Source: Octopus vulgaris (Eukaryota). From it: 64,000 nucleotides of DNA. The position numbers and the translations under genes are program-made. The stretch spans positions 56,668,001 through 56,732,000 of the forward strand of contig OX597829.1 of assembly GCA_951406725.2 (NCBI GenBank), written 5' to 3'. The notes under the pieces are model-generated. The model was given only the letters and a program-made list of their open reading frames with translations, did not search any database and was not told where the DNA came from. This document shows positions 23,601 through 35,600 of the stretch, one piece after another. Each line of letters opens with the position of its first letter. Within the stretch, counting starts at the first letter, position 1.

Positions 23601-26600
23601 TTTAAAACCTCTTACCTACTTGACAATTGCATTTCTAGCTCTGCCTTGAAGGAAGCTTTACTTCTTGGACTCACATTTTTGTGCACAACGAATGTTGTTA
23701 AACCTCCATTAACAACACCGTATGCAGGTTCTTTCCGTTTTCTTTCCTGTACGAATAAATTTTTCACTATAGACCTTAATGGTCGTAAAGACACTATATC
23801 AGTGGATAGACTACGAAAAACCTTCATAGAGAAAACTGTCCCTCTTCCCACTGCAGACGACACACACAGAGCATTTTAAACACGGCCCTCACACTCACCT
23901 TCATATTCCATGACTACAATTGGTATCGGACAAGGATTCTGGACTACTTTTCCTGTTTTTTTACTTAATTTTTGAGAGCGGTTGGGTTCATTTTTAGTAT
24001 TCTCGTTTGTGAGAGCAGTCGAGTTTATTTCAGATATTCTCATTTTAAAAATCATCTCTGGCTCATCGTTGAGAGCATGTTGGTGTTGCTTTAGGGGAGG
24101 TTTGTGCTCTTATTATTGTTATTATTATTATTATTATTATTATCATTATTACAATAATAATAATATATATATCATTATTATATATATATATATACAGGAG
24201 GTCATTATGCCATGGGCATATGGCGTAATGGTTAAGAGTGCAGGCTACTAACCCCAAGATTCCGAGTTCAATCCCAGGCAGTGACCTGAATAATAAGAAT
24301 AATAATAACATTGAAAAGTGCCTTGGGAATGAGAACCCAGGTTCGAAATTTCCCCAAGATACCTGATGAAGGCTAGAGGGTATATCAGCCAAAATGTTGT
24401 GTTAACAACAAACAAGATGAGGACAAATATCTGTCAAATGTAAATAATGAACAACATTTTTGACAGCTAAGCCATCATCCAGTGAAGGCTTAGCTGGCTG
24501 GAACTTTGAAGTCACTGTCAACAACATTCTTGTTTAAGAATTATATATGTGTGTGTGTAGATGTTTTTCCCTCCTCAAGGTCAACATTATCAAACTCAAT
24601 CTGGTCAACATCAGCCTCAATTATGTTATCCACAGTTTGAATTACATTGTCATATATCTCAATTTTGTCAACTTTGGATAGAGTGATCTTTTTTTTTTCA
24701 TGAATAGACATTGACATCAGTGATTACTTGTCATAAAATTTTAAAAGAATTTAAACATTAAAATGTTTTGTAATGGATTACATGCATTTAGTAAATTAGA
24801 TGTACATAAAACTACATGCTCCCATTTCTTAATCTTTTAATGTATTCCTAAAAGATCCAACACAATCACCTTTGGTAATCAAAGTCAACCCAGGGTTGAT
24901 TAATAATATATTTACAGCATTGATTACTAAAGGTGATTTTGCTGGATTTCTTTAGGAATATGTAAGGAGATTTATGAGATGGGAATAATGAATAAAAGGT
25001 CAAATTGATATTTATTTTTGTCTTTTTCATATTGTAAACGTATATAGTAGAGTATATAGTTTTATGTACATCTAATGTTCTAAATGTATGTATATTTATG
25101 GTTAGTAATGTAAAGTATGACAGTTTTTATTATACAAAACATGTTATCTATATATATAATACTCAACTTGTGTGTCTGTGTGTTTAACTTCCCAGCACAT
25201 CTCCTCCTAGCCAACAAATCATAGAACCACCAAAAATGGGTCACTTAAAGTTTAGGCGAATGAAAATTGATCTGCGCTATTTCTGTTCCGAAATTCATCT
25301 CGCAAGTGCAAAAATCGATAATGTGTTTGTTTAGGCCTTATCCCATGCATTGAATTGTAAACTTTACTCAGTGAGCTGTTTGACGTGAACTGTGTTCACC
25401 ACGCATGGCAAGCATGCGTATATTGCATGAAAAATAAAAAATCAAGATATAAAAACGAATTGCCGTAAACATTGTAGAAATTCGGCAAAGATGTAGCCTG
25501 GAGGGTTTTTTCGTATTAATCGCTTGGACTTTGTGAACACATACCAATTGTTTTCATAACATTTTTAACGCTTTGAATTAAATGTGACCATTTTGCGTTG
25601 AGTCTGCAGTTTGAATCACTTTAACCAAATTTTAGCAGGCCGGATTTTTGATCATCACGATACATCGCCAGCGACTCCCTGAAACTCTCCCTTGAAATCC
25701 CCATTGAGAAATACTGGTCTAAAAGAATAATTCAACAATGCAATTATTTGATCAACAAAAATTTATGAAACGCTTCTACGTACTTCCTATTGAGGAAATG
25801 GAACACATAAGCGCAAAAATAGAGGGCATTAACTGCTTGATTTTAAAACCAAAATAATTGAATTTTGATTGAACTTCATCCAAGTTTAGCTTAATTCGCG
25901 CGTGCATAGAACGCACGAGCCAGGCAATACTGCTAGTACTTCATAAAACATTTTAATGTTTAAATTCTTTCACTATTCTGTGATAAGTAATCATTGATGT
26001 TGATGTTCTTTGTATAAAAAGAAATCCACTCCACCTTCAGTTGAAAGTGGCAAAATCAAAGTAGACATAATACAATGGAGACTGAAGATAACAAAATTGA
26101 GGCTGATAATGGCAAATATGAGGGTGTGGGTGTGGAATCTTGGTTTTCTTATTTCCTTCTCAATCCTTTATGTTTAGTTTGGAACAGTTCTAAAGACCAT
26201 TAACATGTTAACTGCCACGTGTACCACTGGTGGTTCATCGCAAACTTCACACAACCGCCATATGCTTCGTTGATGGTACATTCTTATAATTTAAGAAAAT
26301 ATCTTATTCTGTACCTTTGACATGGTTTTGAGGATACTTAGATAACATGAATGCTAAATATCAAAGTTTAATTATGAAATATTGTAAAAATGCAAAGAAA
26401 TTACATTTCCTTTTAATTAAACAATATGCAGTGTGGCGTCACTGATAAGTTCCAGTGACAGGCTGTGGTGATTGATATGCCAATGTTGAAGACCATTTCA
26501 AGCAACCATCTAAAAGAAATGATAGTTGTATTCAGGTAAAATTCAGCAGGTCCAAAGACACACAAATACATTTTCTCATCAGTTGACAGCAAGGAGGGTC

Positions 26601-29600
26601 ATTGCAATATATCATAATACAGTACAAAATCGTTCAAAATTAAACATAAAGGACTAATATGAAAATATAAAATTTTCTTAATGAAATTAATTAAACTCAA
26701 ACACATCCATGTCTTTATTACATGTCTGGAAAAAAAATGCTGTGCACAGTTTTCACATACAAACTCACTAGGAGGCACCATCTGTGTGGTAAACAATAAC
26801 AATGTTAGTGTTAATATATACAATGCAGAAGCATTAAGAAGTTAATCATTGTGTATATGTTGTGGGATGCTTGTTTGAAACTATCATGTGTGCAGGACTC
26901 TGACTGGTTCCCTGTCAACAGTGGAATCAGACAGGGTTGTGTGGCAGCCCCTGACCTCTTTAACTGTGTAATCGATTATCCGATGACCAAAGTCTGTGAG
27001 CAAGTCTCTTGTATTACCTTTGGGTACTACCACCTTACCTACCTGGAATATGTGGATGATACCACCTTGTTCAGTTACTCAGTTGTCCAGCTCAGGGATG
27101 CAGTGACCATGTACAGAGAAAAATCAACAAAGCTTGGCCTTCAGCTGAGTTGGATGGAGACCAAGCTGATGCTTGTTGGAGACGGCCTGGACCTTCCCAC
27201 TCTCCATATTGGCCCCAATGTTGTGGAGTTTGTCGGTTTTATCTAGTCCACTCAGCTAGCAAAAATGTGTAGCACTTGTAATTGAAAGGGCCAGCCATAT
27301 CACATTCTGTGTGTCATGTTGGATCTCCATGGGAACTATATTAAGAGTACACGTCTGTGGAGTTCTTGGCCGTTTGCCTGTTAATTTTACAAGTAGACCG
27401 TTCCATTGTTTGAATCAACTGGAACGCTCGTCATTGTAACTGATGGAGTGCTCCAGCCAATTAAGATGAGTTTGAAAACTGCTCTAGCTCCTGTCAAACT
27501 GTCCAATCTAATGCCAGCATACACTTTAAGTGATAATAAGGATGATGCTGTAAGGCAGCTGGATCATACAATCTGTTCTGTCAGGTGTTATCTGGAAATA
27601 AAAAAGAACAACACCGAAGCGAAAGAATGTTGTTTTCTCTCAGTAATATGACTTGAAAATTATTTTGATGCAAGGCTGTGATTATTATTTTTTAAATATA
27701 CAATTGTGTAACTAATATACTCTAAAGTGTATTAAATAATTTTCCTCATGTACTAATTGCCAATTCAACACTTAGAAATGTCTGAAGGGTAGAACATTCA
27801 TAGTTGTAACTGCATCAAATGAAGTAAGACCCAAATTTCGTTTGTTATTTCTACTTGTTTAGAACCATTAATTGAACAGACCTATGGTCAAAGACATTTT
27901 AAGCATGATCATCTTGTATTTTTTCTCAAAGCTAACGCATTTCCTTAATTTGCAACTTATTCTTTCACTCATGAAAATTTATCACACAATCACACAGTCT
28001 TTCATCTCTAATCTTGTCTTTCTCCAAATCCCGGAACCATTCCTTCCACGTGTACTGACCCCCACACCCACTGGCTCATCTATCGGCCTTCACTCTGTCT
28101 ATTTAATTCCTACACTATATGTCTATCTATCTATCGGCCTTTTCTGTCTCTTAATTCCTAGCCCATGGTTGCCAGTTCACGGTGGTACTCCCGCCCTCCA
28201 CCCCCTTCACCTGTACCTGAAGTCCCCATCTCGTCCTCCTTTGCTTGTCTCCTAGGAACACCTAAAGGCCTTACGCCAACCCCACTCCTACTATATAAGG
28301 TAATGATCATACAGCGCAAAACATGATAGTGTAGTGTAAGCAGGTTGAACTTAAGATCATTGTTTGCTTATGAATTCTGCCAAATGCGAGCTCTCTTTTC
28401 AGGTACATGACGCCACTGTCCCCCGTCCCAGGGTCTCTAGGGCCCATACCTCCCACACCCTCAGGGTTGGCACACTGAAAGGTAGGTCTAGTGAGATTGT
28501 TGAGATGCTTGAACGGAGATGTGTCGATATATGCTGTATCTAAGAAGTAAAGTGGAGAGGAGGTTCTGCTAGGTTCCTCACAGGCAAAGAACACAGGTAC
28601 AAGATTTTCTGGGCAGGGAACACTGACGGAGTTGGGGGCGTGGGTATACTTCTTGCGGAGAAATGGATAGATAAAGTAATTGAGGTAGTCAGAATACTTA
28701 AGATTAGATTAGTGCTCCATCATGGGTTAGCAACCATTATCTCGGCCTATGCCCCTCTGCCAGGGCTACCTGATGGACAGAAAGACTGATTCTATGACAC
28801 CCTCTTGCAGACTACTGTGTTGACGAATGACAGAGACCTCTTTGTGGCTGGCAACTTCAATGGACATGTTGGACAACATGTTGGGGGCTTCCATGGCATA
28901 CATGGAGGCTACAGTTTTGGCTCTCGCAATGAGGAGGGAACCAGGCTGCTGGAGTTCTGTGACACAAATGATCTTATGGTTTGCAATACTAACTTCAGAA
29001 AACCTGCCAGCCACCTAATCACTTACCGCTCTGGCAGATACACTAGTCAGATCAACTACATGAATGAAGGCTATTAGACAAAAGAAACAGGACTGGAAGA
29101 ACGGCGGTAGCAGGGAAGCGTATCAGACTGCCAGAAGGGAAGCTAGGAGGCAGGTTTATTTAGCCAGAGGAGAAGCAGATAAGAAAAAATTTGCCAATGT
29201 TCTACACCGTGAGGACGAAAGACTTCAGGTATTTCATGTTGCAAGTCAGTGTGTGAGAGAGAATCGTGACGTGGTAGGAGAGAAATGTGTTCGCATGGAT
29301 TATGGTTCACTTGCGCTGAATGATGATGCAAAGAGAGAGGTTTGGAGATATCACTATGAAAGGTTGCGGAATAAAGAAAATGAATGGGAGAATGAGTCTG
29401 CCAAATGTCGACCCAACAGAGGGACCAGCTATCTGAGTTGACAGTTCCTTGGTAGATAAGGCAATTAGAAGCATGAAAACAGGGAAGGCCCCAGGCCCAT
29501 CAGGAATTACTACAGAGCTCAAAATATCTGGCAGTGTCAGCTATAGCCTAGTCACCTGTATAGTTAATCAGGTGATACACGAAGGAATCATACCCAATGA

Positions 29601-32600
29601 CTGGTATAGCAGCATAATAGTCAACTGCTACAAAGGTAAAGGTGACGCTTTAGATACAAATAATTACAGAGGTATCAAGCTGTTGGATCAGGTAATAAAG
29701 GTTACAGAGAGGGTCATAGCCCAACTAATTAGAGAGAGAGTCAACTTGGATGAGATGCAGTTTGGTTTCGTGCCAGGGAAAAGCACCACTGATGCCATAT
29801 TTCTGGTGAGACGGCTGCAGGAGAAATACCTAGCCAAAGATAAGCCTAATTGCTTTCGTTGACATGGAGAAAGCTTTTGACAGGGTCCCTAGATCCCTTA
29901 TCTGGTGGTCAATGAGGAAACTAGGGATAGATGAATGGTTAGTGAGAGCTGTGCAAGCCATGTACAGGGATGCTGTAAGGTGAGGGTTGGCAACGAGTAC
30001 AGTGAAGAATTCCGGGTAGAGGTAGGGGTCCACCAAGGCTCAGTCCTCAGCCCCCTCCTATTTATCATAGTCCTCCAGGCAATAACGGAGGAACTCAAGA
30101 CAGGATGCCCCTGGGAGCTCCTCTATGCTGATGACCCTGCTCTAATTGCTGAGTTACTATCAGAACTGGAGGAGAAGTTTCAGGTGTAGAAGCAAGGATT
30201 AGAATCAAAGGGCCTTAGAGTCAACCTTGCCAAAAGCAAAGTCTTAATATGTAGGAAGTCAGACAAACCACAAATCCCTTCAAGTAGATGGCCTGGCTCA
30301 ATCTGTAGTAGAGGTGTAGGTAGAAACTCTATAAGATGTACCAAGTGTAAGCTATGGACACAAGAGGTGCAGCAATATCAAAGGGAGGCTAACGGGGAAG
30401 ATAGTTTTTGTATGTGGCAGATGCTATGGAGCAATAAACACTGAAAATGTGCAGAGACCAACATCCGCCACATTCCAGGGAGAAAAACTAGAAGTAGTTG
30501 ATAGCTTCCGTTACCTAGGTGACCAAGTCAGTAGCGGAGGGGGGTGCGCTGAAAGTGTAGCTGCTAGAATAAGAATAGCTTGGGCAAAGTTCAGAGAGCT
30601 CTTACCTCTGCTGGCAACAAAGGCCTCTCGCTCAGAGTAAAAGGTAGACTGTATGATGCATGTGTACGTACCGCCATGCTACATGGTAGTGAAACATGGG
30701 CTGTGACTGCTGAGGATATGCGTAAGCTCGCAAGAAATGAAGCCAGTATGCTCCGATGGATGTATAATGTCAGTGTTCATAATCGACAGAGTGTAAGTAC
30801 CTTGAGAGAAAAGTTGGACCTAAGAAGCATCAGATGTGGTGTGCAAGAGAGACAACTGCGCTGGTATGGTCTTGTGGCAAGAATGAACGAGGACAGCTGT
30901 GTGAAAAAGTGCCACACCCTAGCAGTTGAGGGAACCTGTGGAAGAGGTAGACCAAGACCTTTGGAAATATGCCGTGCGTGAGAAGACCCGGCAAGCCAAA
31001 TGAAACAATAATCTCAGGGGCGTAACCAGCCCACTTATGCATACCTTTTCCTTCTTTGGACACTAAAACTCTGCTTGTGAAGACCTGTTGAGGCAAGTAA
31101 AATCAATCAAAATCAAATTCGATGACTGGTGTCCATGCTAGCGGGGTGCAAAGAGCACCATATGAACGTGATCATTGACAGAGTGGCTAACCAAGGTGCC
31201 ATGAAGTGGGACTGAACTCAGAACCATGTGGTTGGGAAGCAAGTTTCTTACCACACAGTCACACCTTATGTATATTAGTATTTCACTTAGGCATAGTGAT
31301 ACTAATAACCTGGTGTTGGAATTCAATGTAGATATGCTTCAGAGAAAAGTGTTAGTTGAGTACAGAGCAGAATGATAAATTAAACGACAAGGAAACAATG
31401 AATTACGTGAGTGAAGTTCATTAGTTTTACAGCTGTTTCTGCTACTGGATGCAATGCACTCATACTTGGGTACTTGTGTATCACCTTATAGCTTCTTCAG
31501 AGTTTCAAAAGTGAAGTGTAATTATGTTTGGGAAAGGATTTATATATATGGAAAACATCACCAAAAAGGAGTATCAAGTTTGAAGGGAAAAACCTACTCA
31601 CAGAAGTATATTTAGATAATTTTGTGTATTCACATGTATACAGATAGACATACAATGAATCCCTATGTGAATAATTGTGGGGGCACAGTGGTCAGGGTGG
31701 CGGACTTGTGGTCATAGGATCACGATTTTGGTTCACAGACCGGAATTGTGAATGTTTATTGAGCGCAAACACCTAAAGCTCTACAAGACTCCAGTAAAGG
31801 GTGGGGTGAACCCTGCTGTATTCTTTCACTACAACTTTCTCTCACTTTTTCTTCCTATTTCTGTTGTACCTGCATATTCAAAGTTCCAGTCTTGTCACGC
31901 TGAATCTCCCCGAGAACTACGTTTTGGGTACACATGTCTGTGGAGTGTTCAGCCACTTGCACGTTAATTTCTTCATAAGCCGGCTGTTCTGTTGATCAGT
32001 TCAGCTGGAACCCTTGTCATAACTGATGGAGTGCCATGATATATGAATAATTATTTATATGTATACGTGAAATATTGTTGTAAAGTGGGTTCCTTCTACT
32101 GGTGTGATGTGTGACTGCCATTGTACTGTAGTTGCTGTTTTATGCTAGTAGCCACAATAGTTACTAGTTACCAGATACTGTTGTCTCTTTGTACTGGAAT
32201 AGTAATACTCATCACATATAGAGTATGCGTTCCAGCCCACCTATGCATATCTTTCCTTCATAGGACACCAAACTCTGCTTGTGAAGACCTGTTGAGGAAA
32301 GTGAAATCGAAATCAAATTCGATGATTGGCATCCATGCTAGTGGAGCGCCAAGAGCACCATCCGAGCATGATCGTTGCCAAAGCAACAAGCTGGATTCCA
32401 TGCCGGTGGCACATAAAAAATACCATTTGAGCGTGATCATTACATGCATCGCCTTACTGGCACCTGCGCTGGTGGCATGTGAAAAAACATTCGATCGAGG
32501 TTGCTGCCAGTGCCACTGGACTGGCTCCTGTGCATGTGGCACATAAAAAGCACCATTTAAGTATGGCCGTTGCCTGTACCACCCGACCGGCCCCCATGCC

Positions 32601-35600
32601 GGTGGCACGCAAAAGCACCCACTACACTCTCGGAGTGGTTGGCATTAGGAAGGGCATCCAGCTGCAGAAACTCCGCCAGATCAGACTGGAGTCCGGTGCA
32701 GCCATCCGGTCCACCAGTCCTCAGTCAAATCGTCCAACCCATCCATGCTAGCATGGAAAGTGGACGCTAAACGATGGTGATGATCTTGGTGGTTCTTTGT
32801 ATGAGACCTTTCTTTATTTCCTTTTGTCGACCTCAGTTTTCTTTTTGTCTCATTAATAAATTTGTAATTTCTTTTTATTTCTGCCAAAGTTACTGGTAGT
32901 TCACACATGATATTCCACATCACTTTTTTTGTTTCTGTTTCCACTCTTAGCACTGCTATTATGGTGTCTTCCAGTGGTTCGTTATTTCTCGGAATTAACC
33001 TAGACAGAGTATCAGCATGCCCCAACTTTTTTGAAGACAGATATTCCAATCTGTAATTGTAGTTTAACAGAATGGTACCCTGCCGCTGCAGTCTGTTTGC
33101 CGACACATATACAATATGGGTTTCACAAAGTTTTGCTCAGCCTGGAGCTAGAGTAGAAAATACTTGCTCAATGGAACTGAACTTGAAATCATTTGGTTAG
33201 GAAGTGAACTTCTTAACCCAACAGCTATGCTTTTGTGTGTGTGTGTGTGCGTGCAAATCTGCCATCATCATTTAATGTCTGTTTTCCTGCATGCTGGCAT
33301 AGTTTGGATGGTTTGTGTGAATGTTGATTCCCTGTCATCTCATGTAGCAGGATATGGTTCCATGTATCCTAGCGAAACTGACATCATTTTCATTCTCCAA
33401 TAAAGTAATTACTTTATGGGTCTGTGGACTTGTGAAAACCAGTGAAATAAAACAATTCCTTACTTGGTCGCCAAAAAGGAATTGGTTAGAAGAAGAGCAT
33501 CATGATTTCTTAAGTGTATTTGAATTCCATGTAGACAAGGTAATAAATCTTTGGTTTTTTTTTGTCAGGACTCTCAAATAAATGTTGTTCATTTTTAATT
33601 AATGTTTAAAAATATACTGTTTTATAATAAAAATTTTTTTTTTTTTATTTTAGCCTCCATTACCTGAGGTTCTTATTAATCTTCATTGTGAAAAAAAGGA
33701 ATTTATCCCATACTTTCTTAACTATTTAAGAGATCAAACTTTTCATTTGCTCCATAACTCTAAATCAGTAAGCCCTTCACCTTCGAAATGTGATTCCAGC
33801 ACACCTGTGACTACTTCAAAAAGGTCACGGTCATCTTGCACAAGAACTCAGTTATTTCCAAATTCAGATTTTTGCAGAAATTCAGATAATTATGCAGAAA
33901 ATTTCCCAAAATTAAATGCAGAAACATCACCTGATCATTTGGGGACAAGTATGAAATCATGTCTTTCAAATACAACCTTGACTACTGTTGAAAATTTAAC
34001 AATCCGTAAACGTTCAAAGAAAGTTCCAAATAAAAAGACGTCTTACCCTATTGAAACAGCAGTGGACAACAACAAAGAAGTTCACATTAATTCAGTCAAC
34101 ATTGAGAGAGATTCATCGTCATGTTCATCTTGCAAATTGTCCAATCAAAAAAAGCGTAACTGGAAAACACAACATAATGATAAAAAATGCCAAAACCAAA
34201 AACACAAATTGGAAAGCTCCGGACATCCAAGAAATCAAGTTTTAGCAACCTTTTTAGATCAAGCTGTTATTACATAGTAAGTTTTTTAATTTAATTTCTT
34301 ATAATTCTTTAATATTTTTCCTTTGATTCCTTTGTGATTTTTTGATGTTAATTGGATTCCATGAATCTGAATGTTGGACTGTTTATATATTTTGTAGTTT
34401 TTGATTATTATTAAACAACAATTAAATTAAATTTGAGTAAAGTTTAAAAAGAAAGATGAACACTTCATCATCATCTTTTATCAATGAATTGTTAAACATT
34501 TTTGTATTCAGCCAAAATTGTATGAAACCATCTCGACGAATTAAACCTACTCCAGTGCAAGCAGGAATGGAGCGTAAACAAAACCAAGCTTTTATTGAAT
34601 CTTCAGAAAATAAATGCAATTCTATATCTTTAAGAAATGAGGAAAATAAACATAATGGATCATCGACAAGTTTTCAGGAAGAAAGAGCTTTGTTAAAGTG
34701 AGTTTTCTCCGATATTTATTTTCCCCCATCTAGCCATTATTTTTTTATAATCTACACTTTCATTAATCCATCAGCATTCAGATTATCTCTATCAAATGTA
34801 ATGCTTATTTATTCCCATTGATTTGAATTAGTCATGCATTATCTGTAGCTTAGAGATTTCGAAAATGTGATTGTTTATTTTTAGAATGACATTGCAGGGT
34901 GGGTGTGAGATGCTGGATCTGACCATTTTGAACATAAAGCAAGTAGAATATTTGAGTGGGAAATGGCCTGTTTAAATGCTAAAGGGTTAAATGGCTTATG
35001 CGATTCCTTAAACTAACAGTAAATATAAAATAACAGTAAGTTTATTCTTTAAAATTGTTTAATATGTTGATAGATGTGAATCAAAAGTATAGTGTGGTTT
35101 TTGTATTAAAGTTAAATGTTATAAACTTTATGAAATGAAAATGACAAGAATACTCCATTTAATTTGATGTTTGGCAGTTTCGTGATTTTGTGATTTTTGG
35201 AAACAATTGAGGAGATCGTGGATAAAGCCCACGGAAGAGGGAGACCCAGGAAGAGGTGGGATGAAGTGGTAAGGACCGATCGCAGGATGTTGGGCCTCAC
35301 AGAGGAAATGACCATGGACCAAGATATCTGGCAATATGAAGTTCTAGAGAAGACCTACCCATGTCAACAAAACTGAGTTCTAGAAGTGCTGTGTGTCCCA
35401 CCCACACTTAAGAAAATTTCTCACACATTCTACCATAACAAATTGAACTATGTCTCTACATCTCTTCTCTTCCTCTCATTTCCACTTCATTCTAGAGAAG
35501 ATCCGCCCATGTCTGCAAAACGGTGTTCTAAAAGTGCTGTGTGTCCCACCCACACTTAACAAGGAAACTTCTCACACACTCTACCACAACAAACCAAACT

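Noticed and set aside
24198-24286. Functional tRNA gene
   Set aside because: Extra bases after the acceptor-like 5' strand, imperfect arms and no T-run terminator; treated as a SINE head
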